The position numbers and the translations under genes were made by a program. A model generated the notes under the pieces. The model was not told the origin of the DNA. It made no database searches and was given only the letters and a program-made list of their open reading frames with translations. Shown here piece after piece: positions 38,301 to 47,880 of a stretch of DNA of 55,521 nucleotides (position 1 is the first letter of the stretch; each line of letters starts with the position of its first letter). Location: sequence record SRR2962707_495, one strand, 5' to 3'.

Positions 38301-38687
38301 AATTAGGTCCATATTGGCGCGGATTTTGTCATGAACGCGCAGGACAGCTGCATCGGACGATGTGCCGACTAAAAACCGTGCGGTGACGAGAACGCCATCA
38401 TCCATGCTTTGAGAATAAACATGCTCAACGCCGTCTATGCCCTTAACGATTGTTTCCAACGGCTCAGTGATGAGTTTGGCCGCATCCGCGGCTTTGAGAC
38501 CGTCTGCTTGCACGCGAATATCAACCATCGGCACAGATATCTGTGGTTCTTCTTCACGCGGCAACGTCATCAACGCAATCAGCCCAAAGGCGAAAGCAGC
38601 GATTAGGAACAAGGGCGTAAGAGGCGATGTAATGAATGCGCGGGTTATACCGCCAGCAATGCCGACATTCCGATTTTCTTGGCTCAT
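35388..38687 (-). CDS. RND efflux permease (PREEEPQI subfamily), 1099 aa
   Basis: LPREEEPQISVP, GILVDDAIVVIENI, IVRNSILLVDF and RFKPILLT. Confidence 0.92.
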   Translation of the reverse strand: MSQENRNVGIAGGITRAFITSPLTPLFLIAAFAFGLIALMTLPREEEPQISVPMVDIRVQADGLKAADAAKLITEPLETIVKGIDGVEHVYSQSMDDGVLVTARFLVGTSSDAAVLRVHDKIRANMDLIPVGIPEPQIVGRGIDDVAIVTLTLAPKPDAVGRITASELTRIARELRTEISKIDNVGLSYLVGETGEQIRIAPDPARLALYGITLQQLAGKVQGANRAFPAGRIRDQGEEIMLVAGETLRAPADIRNLLLTSRDGRPVYVRDVADVEFTSANDTTYVSTVVQKDDKIERMPAVTLAVAKRAGSNAVVVAQSIIDRVEQLEGTLIPNEMAVEVTRDYGETANEKANELLYHLGLATVSIILLVWIAIGRREALVVAIVIPVTILLTLFASRLMGYTLNRVSLFALIFSIGILVDDAIVVIENISRHWGMNDGRSRKDAAIGAVAEVGNPTIVATLTVVAALLPMLFVSGMMGPYMSPIPANASAAMIFSFFVAVTVTPWLMLKISGKAPISAHGDHAQGGILGRAYAAVAKPILATKSASWTFLIAVGLLTLVSLGLFYTKHVTVKLLPFDNKSELSVTIDLPEGSSVEATDAAAQDVARIVLALPEVKSVQTHAGTAAPFNFNGLVRHSFYRNEPQQGDVAINLLPKGERDRSSHEIALDIRTQISDLGVPAGTSLKVVEPPPGPPVMATLLAEIYGPDGETRRKIASKVEDAFRSVDFIVDIDNSYGVAARRMRVTISTDDLEFFKVEESDVFDTIAILSGGKTVGYSHRGAGRQPFPIRLERPKGERTIDERFLTTPIPANVLPGDRGVVELGDVVRVNEERASFPIFRHNGHPAEMVTAELAGDFEAPLYGMLAVQDALDAQDWTGLTKPVISLHGQPADDSVSSLLWDGEWEVTWVTFRDMGAAFAVALLGIYILVVAQFGSFKVPLVILTPIPLTFIGILGGHWLFGAPFSATSMIGFIALAGIIVRNSILLVDFIRHAPRQVPCNGDDDMPYADMAIVVASGDEHAADAKTRMRTRDLTEILIEAGAIRFKPILLTALAAMIGAAVILTDPIFQGLAISLLFGLASSTLLTVLVIPAIYRVLRT

Positions 38688-39649
38688 TGTGTCACCACTA
38701 AATCGCCGTCATTAAGACCGCTGAGGATTTCGACCATCTCGGTCCCGTCGGTTTTAATAAAATCTCCGGGCACGACCGCCCGCTCAATATTCTCGCCATG
38801 GACGCTGACTGTGACAAAATCAATGCCAGAGCGCGTGACCACTGCGGATGCGGGAATAGTGAGCGCTTGGCGTTTGCCCACAGGCACTTGAACCAGTAAA
38901 CGCGCATTGACGAACATATTATCAAGACCAACGACTTCGACATCGGCGATGATCCGTCCGTTCTGGATCAAAGGATATACTTTGGCGAGCTTGCCGGATT
39001 TCTCCGTCCCGTCGGTAAAAATGCGAATGTCTGCGCCTTCTTCGAGTGTTGCGGCATGGCGTTCCGGTATTGCAAGGCGCAGAAAGAAGCCGCCCCCGCC
39101 CAGTGTTGCAATCGTTTCACCGCTCATAACAACAGCGCCACGCGTGACATCAACGGTCAATATTTTACCCGCCGAAGGAGCAAGAACTTGTCCCTCCTCA
39201 CCCTGCTTCAGCACGACGGAGCGCTGTGCTTCAATTGCCGATATCTGATTTTGCGCAACGTCAACGCTGGTTCTTAGTTGGTCAACGCGCTGAATTGTGG
39301 TTAGCCCCTTTTTGAGCAATGCTTCACCACGATCAAGTTCGGTTTGCGCTGTCGTTAACTGCGACTGAAGCGAACCAATTTGCGCATCTAGCGCTGCAAT
39401 TTGAAATGCAATTTTGTCATCATGGACTGTGGCGATGCGTTCACCAGCAGTGACGATATCACCTTCGCTGAAGAGAAGCTCCGATACTGTGCCACCACTG
39501 CGCGCTCTTGCAGGCACCATATCGCGCGCTTCAACGCGTCCATAAACCGCCTTCCACTCGACAATTTCAACTGGTTTGATTGTAATAGTCTCGGAAAATG
39601 CGGGATTTGCTGTCGCTAGAATGGCGGCCAAAAGCAATGTATTTCGCAT
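38684..39649 (-). CDS. RND periplasmic adaptor subunit
   Basis: Signal peptide, lipoyl/hairpin pattern and VEILSGLNDGD C-terminus. ATGA overlap with the permease. Confidence 0.88.
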   Translation of the reverse strand: MRNTLLLAAILATANPAFSETITIKPVEIVEWKAVYGRVEARDMVPARARSGGTVSELLFSEGDIVTAGERIATVHDDKIAFQIAALDAQIGSLQSQLTTAQTELDRGEALLKKGLTTIQRVDQLRTSVDVAQNQISAIEAQRSVVLKQGEEGQVLAPSAGKILTVDVTRGAVVMSGETIATLGGGGFFLRLAIPERHAATLEEGADIRIFTDGTEKSGKLAKVYPLIQNGRIIADVEVVGLDNMFVNARLLVQVPVGKRQALTIPASAVVTRSGIDFVTVSVHGENIERAVVPGDFIKTDGTEMVEILSGLNDGDLVVTQ

Positions 39650-39755
39650 GAATTGCGTCCTTGAGGTATGAGAATTTAGCTGGCTTTGATGCATTTGTTT
39701 GAACCGCGATTAGGGAGTTAGCTTAAAGACATCGCAGTTTTAATTCATTCGTACA

Positions 39756-39769
39756 TTGACATATATCAA
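39756..39769. promoter_or_regulatory. Fnr/FixK-type box between the RND adaptor gene and the SDR gene
   Basis: TTGAC-ATAT-ATCAA. Confidence 0.55.
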
Positions 39770-39885
39770 TATACACCTCTCAATTAGTTCAATGACTTAA
39801 AAATGGCACTTTGAGAAAGCTGCTAATTTGGTCTTCATCGAATGCCGCAAACGTGATTTAAAACCGCCAATTGGTGAGAAATAAA

Positions 39886-40605
39886 ATGATTCAGAATATA
39901 GCGGTTATTGGTGGCTCTGGCGCATTAGGCCGCGCATTCACGGAGCAATTATCAGCATTATATCCTGAAGCGATGGTTCATGTTTTTTCCCGCACTCCGT
40001 TGGAGCAAGAATTGGCAAACATCAAATATGACCGCATCGATTATGAGGATGAAACCTCGATTGAGGAGGCTGCAGCTTCTGCCACCCAGCGTGGCCCGCT
40101 AGATATGGTTATTGTCGCGACCGGCATTTTGCATGACGATGAAATGATGCCTGAAAAATCATTACGCGATCTATCGACTGAAAAATTTCACCGGCTTTTT
40201 GAGATCAATACTATTCAGCCCGCGCTTATCGCTAAATATTTTTTGCCAAAGCTAAACAGTGACAGCCGGTCTGTATTTGCTGCGCTTTCTGCGCGTGTCG
40301 GCAGCATTTCGGATAACAGGCTTGGTGGATGGTATGCTTACAGAGCGTCTAAAGCAGCTCTGAATATGATTATCAAAAATGCGGCGATTGAAATTGGCCG
40401 GCGCAATAAAAACGCAATTATTGTTGGCCTGCACCCCGGCACGGTCGATAGCAATCTGTCAAAACCTTTTCAGGCCAATGTGGCGGAGGGTAAATTGTTT
40501 AGTCCTGAATATTCGGCCACAAAATTGCTTGAGGTGTTGGGCACACTGTCGCCTGAACAAAGCGGCAAATGCTTTGCTTGGGACGGCGAGGAAGTTAAAC
40601 CTTAG
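39886..40605 (+). CDS. SDR oxidoreductase (CsgA/C-factor-like)
   Basis: GGSGALG, LSARVGSISDNRLGGWYAYRASKAALNM (YxxxK) and LHPGTVD. Confidence 0.9.
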   Translation: MIQNIAVIGGSGALGRAFTEQLSALYPEAMVHVFSRTPLEQELANIKYDRIDYEDETSIEEAAASATQRGPLDMVIVATGILHDDEMMPEKSLRDLSTEKFHRLFEINTIQPALIAKYFLPKLNSDSRSVFAALSARVGSISDNRLGGWYAYRASKAALNMIIKNAAIEIGRRNKNAIIVGLHPGTVDSNLSKPFQANVAEGKLFSPEYSATKLLEVLGTLSPEQSGKCFAWDGEEVKP

Positions 40606-40651
40606 AAACAGAACCGCGCAACCGTTTTACGAAGGCAAAAGAGCACGTTTT

Positions 40652-42073
40652 ATGAGCGATGATATTGCAATTCATTGGTTCCGTCAGGATTTACGCCTAT
40701 CGGACAATCCAGCGCTCACCAATGCCGCTCAGCACGGCAAGGTTTTGCCGATTTATATTCTCGATGATGACAATGCTGGTCCAGCCGCAATGGGCGGTGC
40801 AAGCCGCTGGTGGCTGCATCACTCATTAGAAGCGCTCAATCAGTCGCTGGGTGGCGCGCTGTCTTTTTATCGTGGTAATCCAATCGATATTCTCGCTGAC
40901 CTTGTCGCCCATCACAAGGTGACGTCGATCCATTGGAACCGTTGTTATGAGCCTTGGCGCAAACATCGCGATACCAAAATCAAAGAGCACTTTAAGGAAA
41001 TCGGCATAGAAGTGAATAGCGCCAATGGCTCATTGCTCTGGGAGCCATGGACGATCAAAAAAGATGACGGCACACCCTATAAGGTGTTCACGCCTTTTTA
41101 TCGCAAAGGATGCTTGCAGACAGCAGCGCCGCGCCAGCCGCTGCCGGTGCCCCAAGATGTGCACTATGTTTCTGACGGAAAAAACGCGCTGAGCTTGGAC
41201 CAATTATCATTGCTGCCGAGAATCAACTGGGACAAACAACTAGAGCCCCATTGGACCATTGGCGAAAAAGGCGCTCATGAGCGCTTTCAAACTTTCTTAG
41301 ATGAAGGTTTGGCAGACTATAAGGAAGGCCGCAATCTGCCTGCAAAGCCATATGTGTCTCGGCTTTCGCCGCATCTACATTTCGGCGAGATATCGCCCAA
41401 CCAGTTGTGGTATGCGTCACGCACCTTAGCCGATGATGCAAATGTCGATCATTTTTGCAGTGAGCTTGGATGGCGGGAATTTTCCCATAGCCAACTCTTT
41501 TATAATCCAGATTTGCCGACCAAAAACCTCCAATCGAAATTTGATGACTTTCCGTGGGTTGAGGATGAAGCTGCGCTAAGCGCGTGGCAAAAGGGTGAGA
41601 CAGGTGTGCCGATGGTGGATGCAGGCATGCGTGAGCTTTGGCAAACCGGCTATATGCACAACCGTGTGCGGATGATTGTTGGCTCTTTCTTAGTCAAAAA
41701 TCTTCGCCTTCATTGGCACCACGGCGAGCGATGGTTTTGGGACACGCTGGTGGATGCTGATCTGGCAAATAATAGCGCAAGTTGGCAGTGGGTTGCAGGC
41801 TGCGGCGCGGACGCTGCGCCCTATTTCAGGATTTTCAATCCGGTGACGCAGGGACAAAAGTTTGATCCTGATGGCGAATATGTCAGGCAGTTCATTCCCG
41901 AAATAGCGGCATTGCCCAATAAGAATTTATTTAGTCCATGGGAAGCACCCGAGAGCATATTAAAAGATGCGGGCATTGAGCTTGGCAAAACTTATCCAAA
42001 ACCAATCGTCGATTTAAAGCGCTCACGTGAAGCTGCGTTGGAGGCTTTTCAATCGCTCAAGTCAGATCAATGA
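40652..42073 (+). CDS. phr: CPD DNA photolyase
   Basis: WFRQDLRLSDNPAL, SRLSPHLHFGEIS, GMRELWQTGYMHNRVRM and WQWVAGCGADAAPYFRIFNP. ATG at 40652. Confidence 0.95.
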   Translation: MSDDIAIHWFRQDLRLSDNPALTNAAQHGKVLPIYILDDDNAGPAAMGGASRWWLHHSLEALNQSLGGALSFYRGNPIDILADLVAHHKVTSIHWNRCYEPWRKHRDTKIKEHFKEIGIEVNSANGSLLWEPWTIKKDDGTPYKVFTPFYRKGCLQTAAPRQPLPVPQDVHYVSDGKNALSLDQLSLLPRINWDKQLEPHWTIGEKGAHERFQTFLDEGLADYKEGRNLPAKPYVSRLSPHLHFGEISPNQLWYASRTLADDANVDHFCSELGWREFSHSQLFYNPDLPTKNLQSKFDDFPWVEDEAALSAWQKGETGVPMVDAGMRELWQTGYMHNRVRMIVGSFLVKNLRLHWHHGERWFWDTLVDADLANNSASWQWVAGCGADAAPYFRIFNPVTQGQKFDPDGEYVRQFIPEIAALPNKNLFSPWEAPESILKDAGIELGKTYPKPIVDLKRSREAALEAFQSLKSDQ

Positions 42074-43101
42074 TCTTTAGTTCTGAGAAGAAGCGGCAGC
42101 AGTAAAATCAGCGACACGATGCGGAATATATGATGCGTGGCAACGAAGACCGGATCATAGCCCAGCGCCAGCGCCATCGCCGCCATGCCTTCCACACCGC
42201 CCGGCGCATAGGCCACCAAGACTTGTGCGAAAGGGATATGCAAAATTATTGCCACGATGAAGGCTGCCAAGGCAGCAATGACACCGGCAATTGTTGTGAC
42301 AATGAGCGCGGCCACGCCTGCTTTTTTAAGTTCTTCTGCCTTGATGCCAGCAAAGCGTGAGCCAACCATTGCTCCGGCAATCGTAAAACCAGCGAAGGTT
42401 AGGTAAAAGTTCGGGCGTCCTTCGACGACGTCGAAACCATGCAATATGCCACTGACCAACAAGCCAGCAAAAAGAAATGCTGCAGGCACATTGAGCTTCA
42501 AAAGCCCTAAGCCAAACAAAAACGCCACCGCCAACATAATGAGGCTTGCAGTCATTGCCATGGTGCTGGCAGCGGTGACATGGCTGAGCTCTGGGGCGCT
42601 ACCGAAATAACCAAGAAGCGGCGGCAGAATAACCGTAATTGCAAGCAAGCGCATACTTTGCAAAACCATCACTGTGCGCAGATCGGCTCTGCCATTGTCA
42701 GCAAGCGCAAGCGCAACAGACAATGCACCAGGTGATGTGGACAAAATGGCGGTGCGCCGGTCGACTTTAATGTACCATTCTAAAAACCGACCACAGACGA
42801 AAATGATAAACAGCATCGTAATTAACAGCACAAAGATGCTGACCGGATAATGTGCGATATCTTCTAAAAAATGTGGCGAAACGCCTGCGCCAAGCGTCAA
42901 GCCGATAACGGTAAAACCAAGGTTGCGCAGCAAATCGGGCACACGTGGATTAGCACCCGCCAAGGCAGCAATCGTCACAAAGCACGTTGCCCCCACCAAA
43001 ACCGCAGCGGGGAAATCGAGCCACGTAAAAACCAAGGCGCCGCTAACAGCAGGCACCAAGGCAATCCAAAAACGGCGATCCGTCCAAGTCTCAATATTCA
43101 C
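42067..43101 (-). CDS. AbrB-family membrane protein
   Basis: Duplicated hydrophobic repeats with SPGAL / APGGV motifs and Q-x-x-R / HH-x-x-R. Confidence 0.85.
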   Translation of the reverse strand: MNIETWTDRRFWIALVPAVSGALVFTWLDFPAAVLVGATCFVTIAALAGANPRVPDLLRNLGFTVIGLTLGAGVSPHFLEDIAHYPVSIFVLLITMLFIIFVCGRFLEWYIKVDRRTAILSTSPGALSVALALADNGRADLRTVMVLQSMRLLAITVILPPLLGYFGSAPELSHVTAASTMAMTASLIMLAVAFLFGLGLLKLNVPAAFLFAGLLVSGILHGFDVVEGRPNFYLTFAGFTIAGAMVGSRFAGIKAEELKKAGVAALIVTTIAGVIAALAAFIVAIILHIPFAQVLVAYAPGGVEGMAAMALALGYDPVFVATHHIFRIVSLILLLPLLLRTKDH

Positions 43102-43467
43102 TTTTAGATCCGTTCTTTACGCAACCTACCAAGAGCTAGTGGCACAACAACGACGATGGCTGCAAGTGCGTATAGCACCAATACATTTGGGATCAATTCG
43201 CGCGAACCTGATTTTACTTGTCGAAGATAACGATACTTTAGCCGCGCGGTGAGCCATAGAAAGGGTGACCGTCTTTCAAATGACTGAGAACCATCAATGA
43301 TCACTCAGCCGGACGAAGAAAAATAATAATTTTTAAATTCCAACATCGTTCTGACCGACTTATGCCAAAGCAAACAGAAGGCAAGTATCTTTTAATTTAG
43401 ATAAATGAAAATATCCCAAATTGCGGCTTGTAAAAGACAGTCAATTGAGTCCAAGTTCGGGCAATGA

Positions 43468-43495
43468 GCTTTCAATGCGACTTCGCGTTGAAAGC
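43468..43495 (+). promoter_or_regulatory. 5'-leader hairpin or operator just upstream of the TAXI RBS
   Basis: GCTTTCAATGCG-ACTT-CGCGTTGAAAGC, a 12-bp stem with one G-U pair. Confidence 0.5.
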
Positions 43496-43514
43496 CAACT
43501 AAGAGGAGAAAACG

Positions 43515-44519
43515 ATGTTAAAACGACTTAAATCTGTTGCCGTAGCGGCAACTTTGGTGGCAGCAATGGCCGGCAGCGCAGTAGCGCAAGACCTGCAATT
43601 CTTCACAATCGGCACGGGCGGCACAGCAGCGACTTACTATCCAGTAGGCGGTGTTATTGCCAATGCGATTTCAAACCCACCTGGTTCGCGTCCTTGTGAC
43701 GAAGGCGGCAGCTGCGGCGTGCCTGGCCTGATTGCATCTGCTGTTTCTTCACGCGGCTCTGTAGACAACGTGAATGCGATTGTTTCAGGTCTTCGCGATT
43801 CTGGCTTTGCGCAATCTGATGTTGCTTACTGGGCATACACAGGCACAGGCACAATGGAAGGTCAGCCAGCGGCGACCGACTTGCGCGCAATTGCAGCTTT
43901 GTTCCCTGAGCACATTCACTTGGTTACTCTTGCAGACAGCGGCATCAATTCCGTTGCTGACCTTGCAGGCAAACGCGTAAGCCTCGATGAGCCAGGTTCT
44001 GGTACATATGTTGATGCAAAACTTATCCTTGAAGCAAACGGCTTGGCGGATGACGCTTATACAGCTGAAGCACTTAAACCAGATGCGTCTGGCGATGCAC
44101 TTCGCAACGGCCAGATTGATGCGTTCTTCTTTGTTGGCGGTTATCCAACAGGTGCGATCGTAGAACTTGCTTCTGCGGTGAAAGTTAAGCTCGTGCCAAT
44201 TAGCGGCGAAGCTGCTGAAGGTCTGATTGCGAAATACGGCTTCTTCTCATCTTCAGACATTCCTGAAGGCGCATATGAAGGAGTTCCAGCGACAACAACT
44301 GTGGCCGTTGGTGCGCAGTGGATTACATCAGCAAATGAAGACGAAGAACTGATGTACCAAATCACGAAAGCATTGTGGAACGAAAAAACACGCACCTTGC
44401 TTGATGTTGGCCATGCTAAAGGCAAGTCAATCACCATGGAAACTGCATTGGACGGTATCGGCATTCCGCTTCATCCGGGTGCAGAGCGCTTCTACAAAGA
44501 AGCTGGTTTGATTAAGTAA
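43515..44519 (+). CDS. TAXI-family TRAP substrate-binding protein
   Basis: IGTGGTAATYYPVGG, SRGSVDNV, GFAQSD and IPLHPGAERFYKE. Confidence 0.93.
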   Translation: MLKRLKSVAVAATLVAAMAGSAVAQDLQFFTIGTGGTAATYYPVGGVIANAISNPPGSRPCDEGGSCGVPGLIASAVSSRGSVDNVNAIVSGLRDSGFAQSDVAYWAYTGTGTMEGQPAATDLRAIAALFPEHIHLVTLADSGINSVADLAGKRVSLDEPGSGTYVDAKLILEANGLADDAYTAEALKPDASGDALRNGQIDAFFFVGGYPTGAIVELASAVKVKLVPISGEAAEGLIAKYGFFSSSDIPEGAYEGVPATTTVAVGAQWITSANEDEELMYQITKALWNEKTRTLLDVGHAKGKSITMETALDGIGIPLHPGAERFYKEAGLIK

Positions 44520-44537
44520 TCAATACATAAGCATACT

Positions 44538-44570
44538 GGCCCCGCCTGTTCTAACTGGCGGGGCCTTTTT
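44538..44570 (+). terminator. Intercistronic terminator/attenuator after the TAXI binding-protein gene
   Basis: GGCCCCGCC-N10-GGCGGGGCC followed by TTTTT. Confidence 0.75.
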
Positions 44571-44591
44571 AATATCCAAGGGGAGACGACA

Positions 44592-46622
44592 ATGGCAGAG
44601 GCAAAACTCAGCGCGGCAGAACTTGCTGAAATTGAGCGCAAGTATGATCCAGAATCAGCATTTCGCGCGACGGGTAAACAAATCGGTTTTGTCATTACCG
44701 CAGCGCTCGTTGCTATGTCAGTCTACCACTTTTATGCGGGCGGTTTCGCGCTCATCCAAGAGCTGACGCATCGCGGCATCCACCTATCATTCGTTCTTGG
44801 CCTTGTTTTCCTGCTTTTCCCATTTCGTCGTTCATTGTCGATGGAAGTGGCGCCTGCGGCTTGGTACCGCTTTGACGGCGTACCAATACTCGACATTGTA
44901 TTTGCGATTTTAGGCGTTGCTGCGGCGATGTATCTGCCACTTTTATCTTCAAATGCACTTGCTTTGCGCGTTGGTAATCCCTCGCCCACTGACGTATTCA
45001 TGGGAACAGCGCTTTTGATTTTGGTGCTTGAAGCATCGCGTCGCTCAGTGGGTATCACATTGCCACTCATCGGCCTTGCGTTTATGGCCTTTGCATTGTT
45101 CGGACCCTATATGCCCGGCGCGCTTAAACATGGCGGCGCGAGCTGGTCTGGCTTAATCAATCATCTTTATATGACAAACCAAGGCATTTACGGCATCGCG
45201 ATTGGCGTGATGGCTAAATATGTCTTCCTATTCATTCTTTTCGGCGTGCTCGCAACGCGCATTGGCCTTGGTCAATTATTTATCGATTTAGCGATGGTAC
45301 TTGCAGGACGCTATGCAGGCGGACCTGCCAAAGTGGCGATTTTCTCGTCAGCCTTTATGGGTACGATTTCAGGCTCTTCTATCGCAAACACCGTGACCAC
45401 CGGCGCGCTGACAATTCCGGCCATGAAAAAGGTTGGGTATTCAGGTCGTTTTGCTGCCGCAGTCGAGGCAACATCATCCACTGGCGGGCAAATTACGCCG
45501 CCTATTTTGGGCGCTGCTGCGTTCATTATGGTTGAATATCTGGAACTGCCGCTGCGCGATATTTTGGCGGCGGCGATGTTCCCTGCACTGCTTCACTATT
45601 TCGGCATCTTCATCATGGTGCATCTTGAAGCAAAGCGCCTTGGGCTGCGCGGTTTGCGCGCTGATGAATTGCCAAAGGCGAAAGTCGTTCTGACCCAGAA
45701 TTGGATGTCGATCATTCCGCTTGCGATTTTGGTCTATTTCATTTTGTCCGGTCGCACGCCTGACTTTGCAGCCGTCTATGGCATCATCGCCTGTGTGGTC
45801 GTAGGCTTTTTAAACCCCGTCAATCGTTTAACGATCCGCGACTTTATCGATGCACTGGCCTCCGGCGCACGTAATACTATCGCTGTGGGCGCGGCGGCGG
45901 CCACAGTAGGCATCGTTGTTGGTGTTGTGACGCTGACCGGCGTTGGCTTCCGTTTGGGCTTTGTGGTCGTGCAGACAGCAACAGATATTGGCCTGTCGCT
46001 CAGTGAAATTTGGCCGCTAGCTTATTTCACGGTCACGCAATGGGCGCTATTTGTATCGCTCATATTGATTGCTTTCTCATGTATCATCATGGGCGCAGGC
46101 ATTCCAACAACGGCGACCTATATCATTCTGGTTGCGGTTGCGGCTCCTGCTCTCGCACAATTGGGTGTGCAGCCATTGGTCTCGCACTTCTTTGTCTTCT
46201 ATTACGGGGTGCTCGCCGATATTACACCGCCCGTGGCGCTCGCCGCCTATGCGGCGGCAGGCATCGCTGGCTCAAACCCATTTCAAACGGGCAATACCGC
46301 CTTCCGCCTCGGCATTGCTAAAGCGCTTGTGCCGTTTGTGTTTGTGTACTCACCATCATTGTTGTTGGTGGCGCAAGGCTTCACATGGGAAGCTTTCTTC
46401 ATCACGTTGATCGGCGCGATGCTTGGTATTGCATCCATCGGCGCGGCGTTCTCCGGCTATATCTTCACAAAGATGAGCCAGTTTGAACGGTGGTATGTTG
46501 GCTTAGTTGGTTTGTTATTCGTTGCGCCAGGCCTGATAACGATGGGCATAGGCGTGGCAGCGATCTTGCCAATCTTGATCTTGCAATGGCAGCGCCGCGA
46601 TGGAGACACCGCCACCGCTTAG
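44592..46622 (+). CDS. TRAP transporter fused 4TM/12TM permease (TAXI type)
   Basis: GGPAKVAI, GTISGSSIAN, STGGQITPPILGAAAF and ITPPVALAAYAAA. Confidence 0.93.
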   Translation: MAEAKLSAAELAEIERKYDPESAFRATGKQIGFVITAALVAMSVYHFYAGGFALIQELTHRGIHLSFVLGLVFLLFPFRRSLSMEVAPAAWYRFDGVPILDIVFAILGVAAAMYLPLLSSNALALRVGNPSPTDVFMGTALLILVLEASRRSVGITLPLIGLAFMAFALFGPYMPGALKHGGASWSGLINHLYMTNQGIYGIAIGVMAKYVFLFILFGVLATRIGLGQLFIDLAMVLAGRYAGGPAKVAIFSSAFMGTISGSSIANTVTTGALTIPAMKKVGYSGRFAAAVEATSSTGGQITPPILGAAAFIMVEYLELPLRDILAAAMFPALLHYFGIFIMVHLEAKRLGLRGLRADELPKAKVVLTQNWMSIIPLAILVYFILSGRTPDFAAVYGIIACVVVGFLNPVNRLTIRDFIDALASGARNTIAVGAAAATVGIVVGVVTLTGVGFRLGFVVVQTATDIGLSLSEIWPLAYFTVTQWALFVSLILIAFSCIIMGAGIPTTATYIILVAVAAPALAQLGVQPLVSHFFVFYYGVLADITPPVALAAYAAAGIAGSNPFQTGNTAFRLGIAKALVPFVFVYSPSLLLVAQGFTWEAFFITLIGAMLGIASIGAAFSGYIFTKMSQFERWYVGLVGLLFVAPGLITMGIGVAAILPILILQWQRRDGDTATA

Positions 46623-46659
46623 GCGGTGCGGTTGGCTCGGCTTAGTGGCGATAAGAACT

Positions 46660-47688
46660 TTAACGCTGCGCGCGGCGATAAAGAATAGATGAAACCATCG
46701 ATAGGCTAATGAACACTGCGCCCAGTAGACCGGTGACTATCTCTGAAATGTCGAACATGGTCTGCGCAAACATCAGCAAAGACAAAACGAAGATCGACCA
46801 AAAAGCGCCGTTTTCCAAATAGCGAAACTCGGCCAAGGTTTCTTTTTCGACGAGCATGATTGTCATTGAGCGCACAAACATCGCGCCGATGCCCAAACCA
46901 ATTGCGATTAAGAATAAATTGTTGGTCAAGGCGAATGCGCCAATAACACCATCAAAAGAAAAAGATGCGTCCAACACTTCGAGATATAAAAATGCGCCTA
47001 GTCCGCCTTTGGCAACGGTGTTTGCCGCATCTGATCGATCAAGAACATGGCCAATAACCTCAACGACGAGAAAGGTAAGTAGGCCCGTAATGGCCGCAAA
47101 GAGAAACTCATTGCCCTCTTGGTGCGGTAAAACCATGGAAAAAACGAGCACAACCAAAAGCACAAACGCGATCTCTATGCCGCGCACAGAGCCGCAGCGC
47201 CGCATACCGCGCTCTAATACGCCAAGCCAATGAATGGATTTTGTCTCGTCGATAAAATAGTTCAGCGCAACCATCATCAAGAATGCACCGCCGAAACCAG
47301 CAATCGACACATGTGCCTCACCTATGATGCGGGCATATTCAACAGGGTCATTGGCAGCCAACATAATGGCACGCCAAGGACCAACGCCAGCGGCAACTAC
47401 AACGATGAGCAGCGGGAAGATGATGCGCATACCGAAAACGGCAATTAATATGCCCCATGTCAAAAACCTGCGACGCCAAATCGGCGACATGGTTTTAAGC
47501 TTATTGGCATTGACGATTGCGTTGTCGAAACTCAGCGAAATTTCAAGCACTGCTAAAATGGCGCCAATGAACAAAAAGCTCAGCGTACCGCCAGCGGTTC
47601 CCGAATAGGCCCATCCTAGCCATCCCGCGAGGCAGAGGCCGACAAATGTGACCAAAAAAGCGCCGCGGAAATAATTTAGGTAGGCCAT
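46660..47688 (-). CDS. DUF475 (TerC-related) membrane protein
   Basis: LEISLSFDNAIVNA and YLEVLDASFSFDGVIGAFA. Confidence 0.9.
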   Translation of the reverse strand: MAYLNYFRGAFLVTFVGLCLAGWLGWAYSGTAGGTLSFLFIGAILAVLEISLSFDNAIVNANKLKTMSPIWRRRFLTWGILIAVFGMRIIFPLLIVVVAAGVGPWRAIMLAANDPVEYARIIGEAHVSIAGFGGAFLMMVALNYFIDETKSIHWLGVLERGMRRCGSVRGIEIAFVLLVVLVFSMVLPHQEGNEFLFAAITGLLTFLVVEVIGHVLDRSDAANTVAKGGLGAFLYLEVLDASFSFDGVIGAFALTNNLFLIAIGLGIGAMFVRSMTIMLVEKETLAEFRYLENGAFWSIFVLSLLMFAQTMFDISEIVTGLLGAVFISLSMVSSILYRRAQR

Positions 47689-47880
47689 TCATTGCTCCGA
47701 TTATGCGATTCAATTGATTGTGCTTAGCAATCAAAAGTTGGCCCGTTGTTATATGTGAGCGTTCATTGGCGCTTTGAAATTTTATAGCGCGCTTATCGTT
47801 TTTTAAACGCTGGATTGCTCATCAAACCGGCACTGACCTTGATATGGTGCGCCTCGGGGCATCTCGCAATAGGCAAGCCA

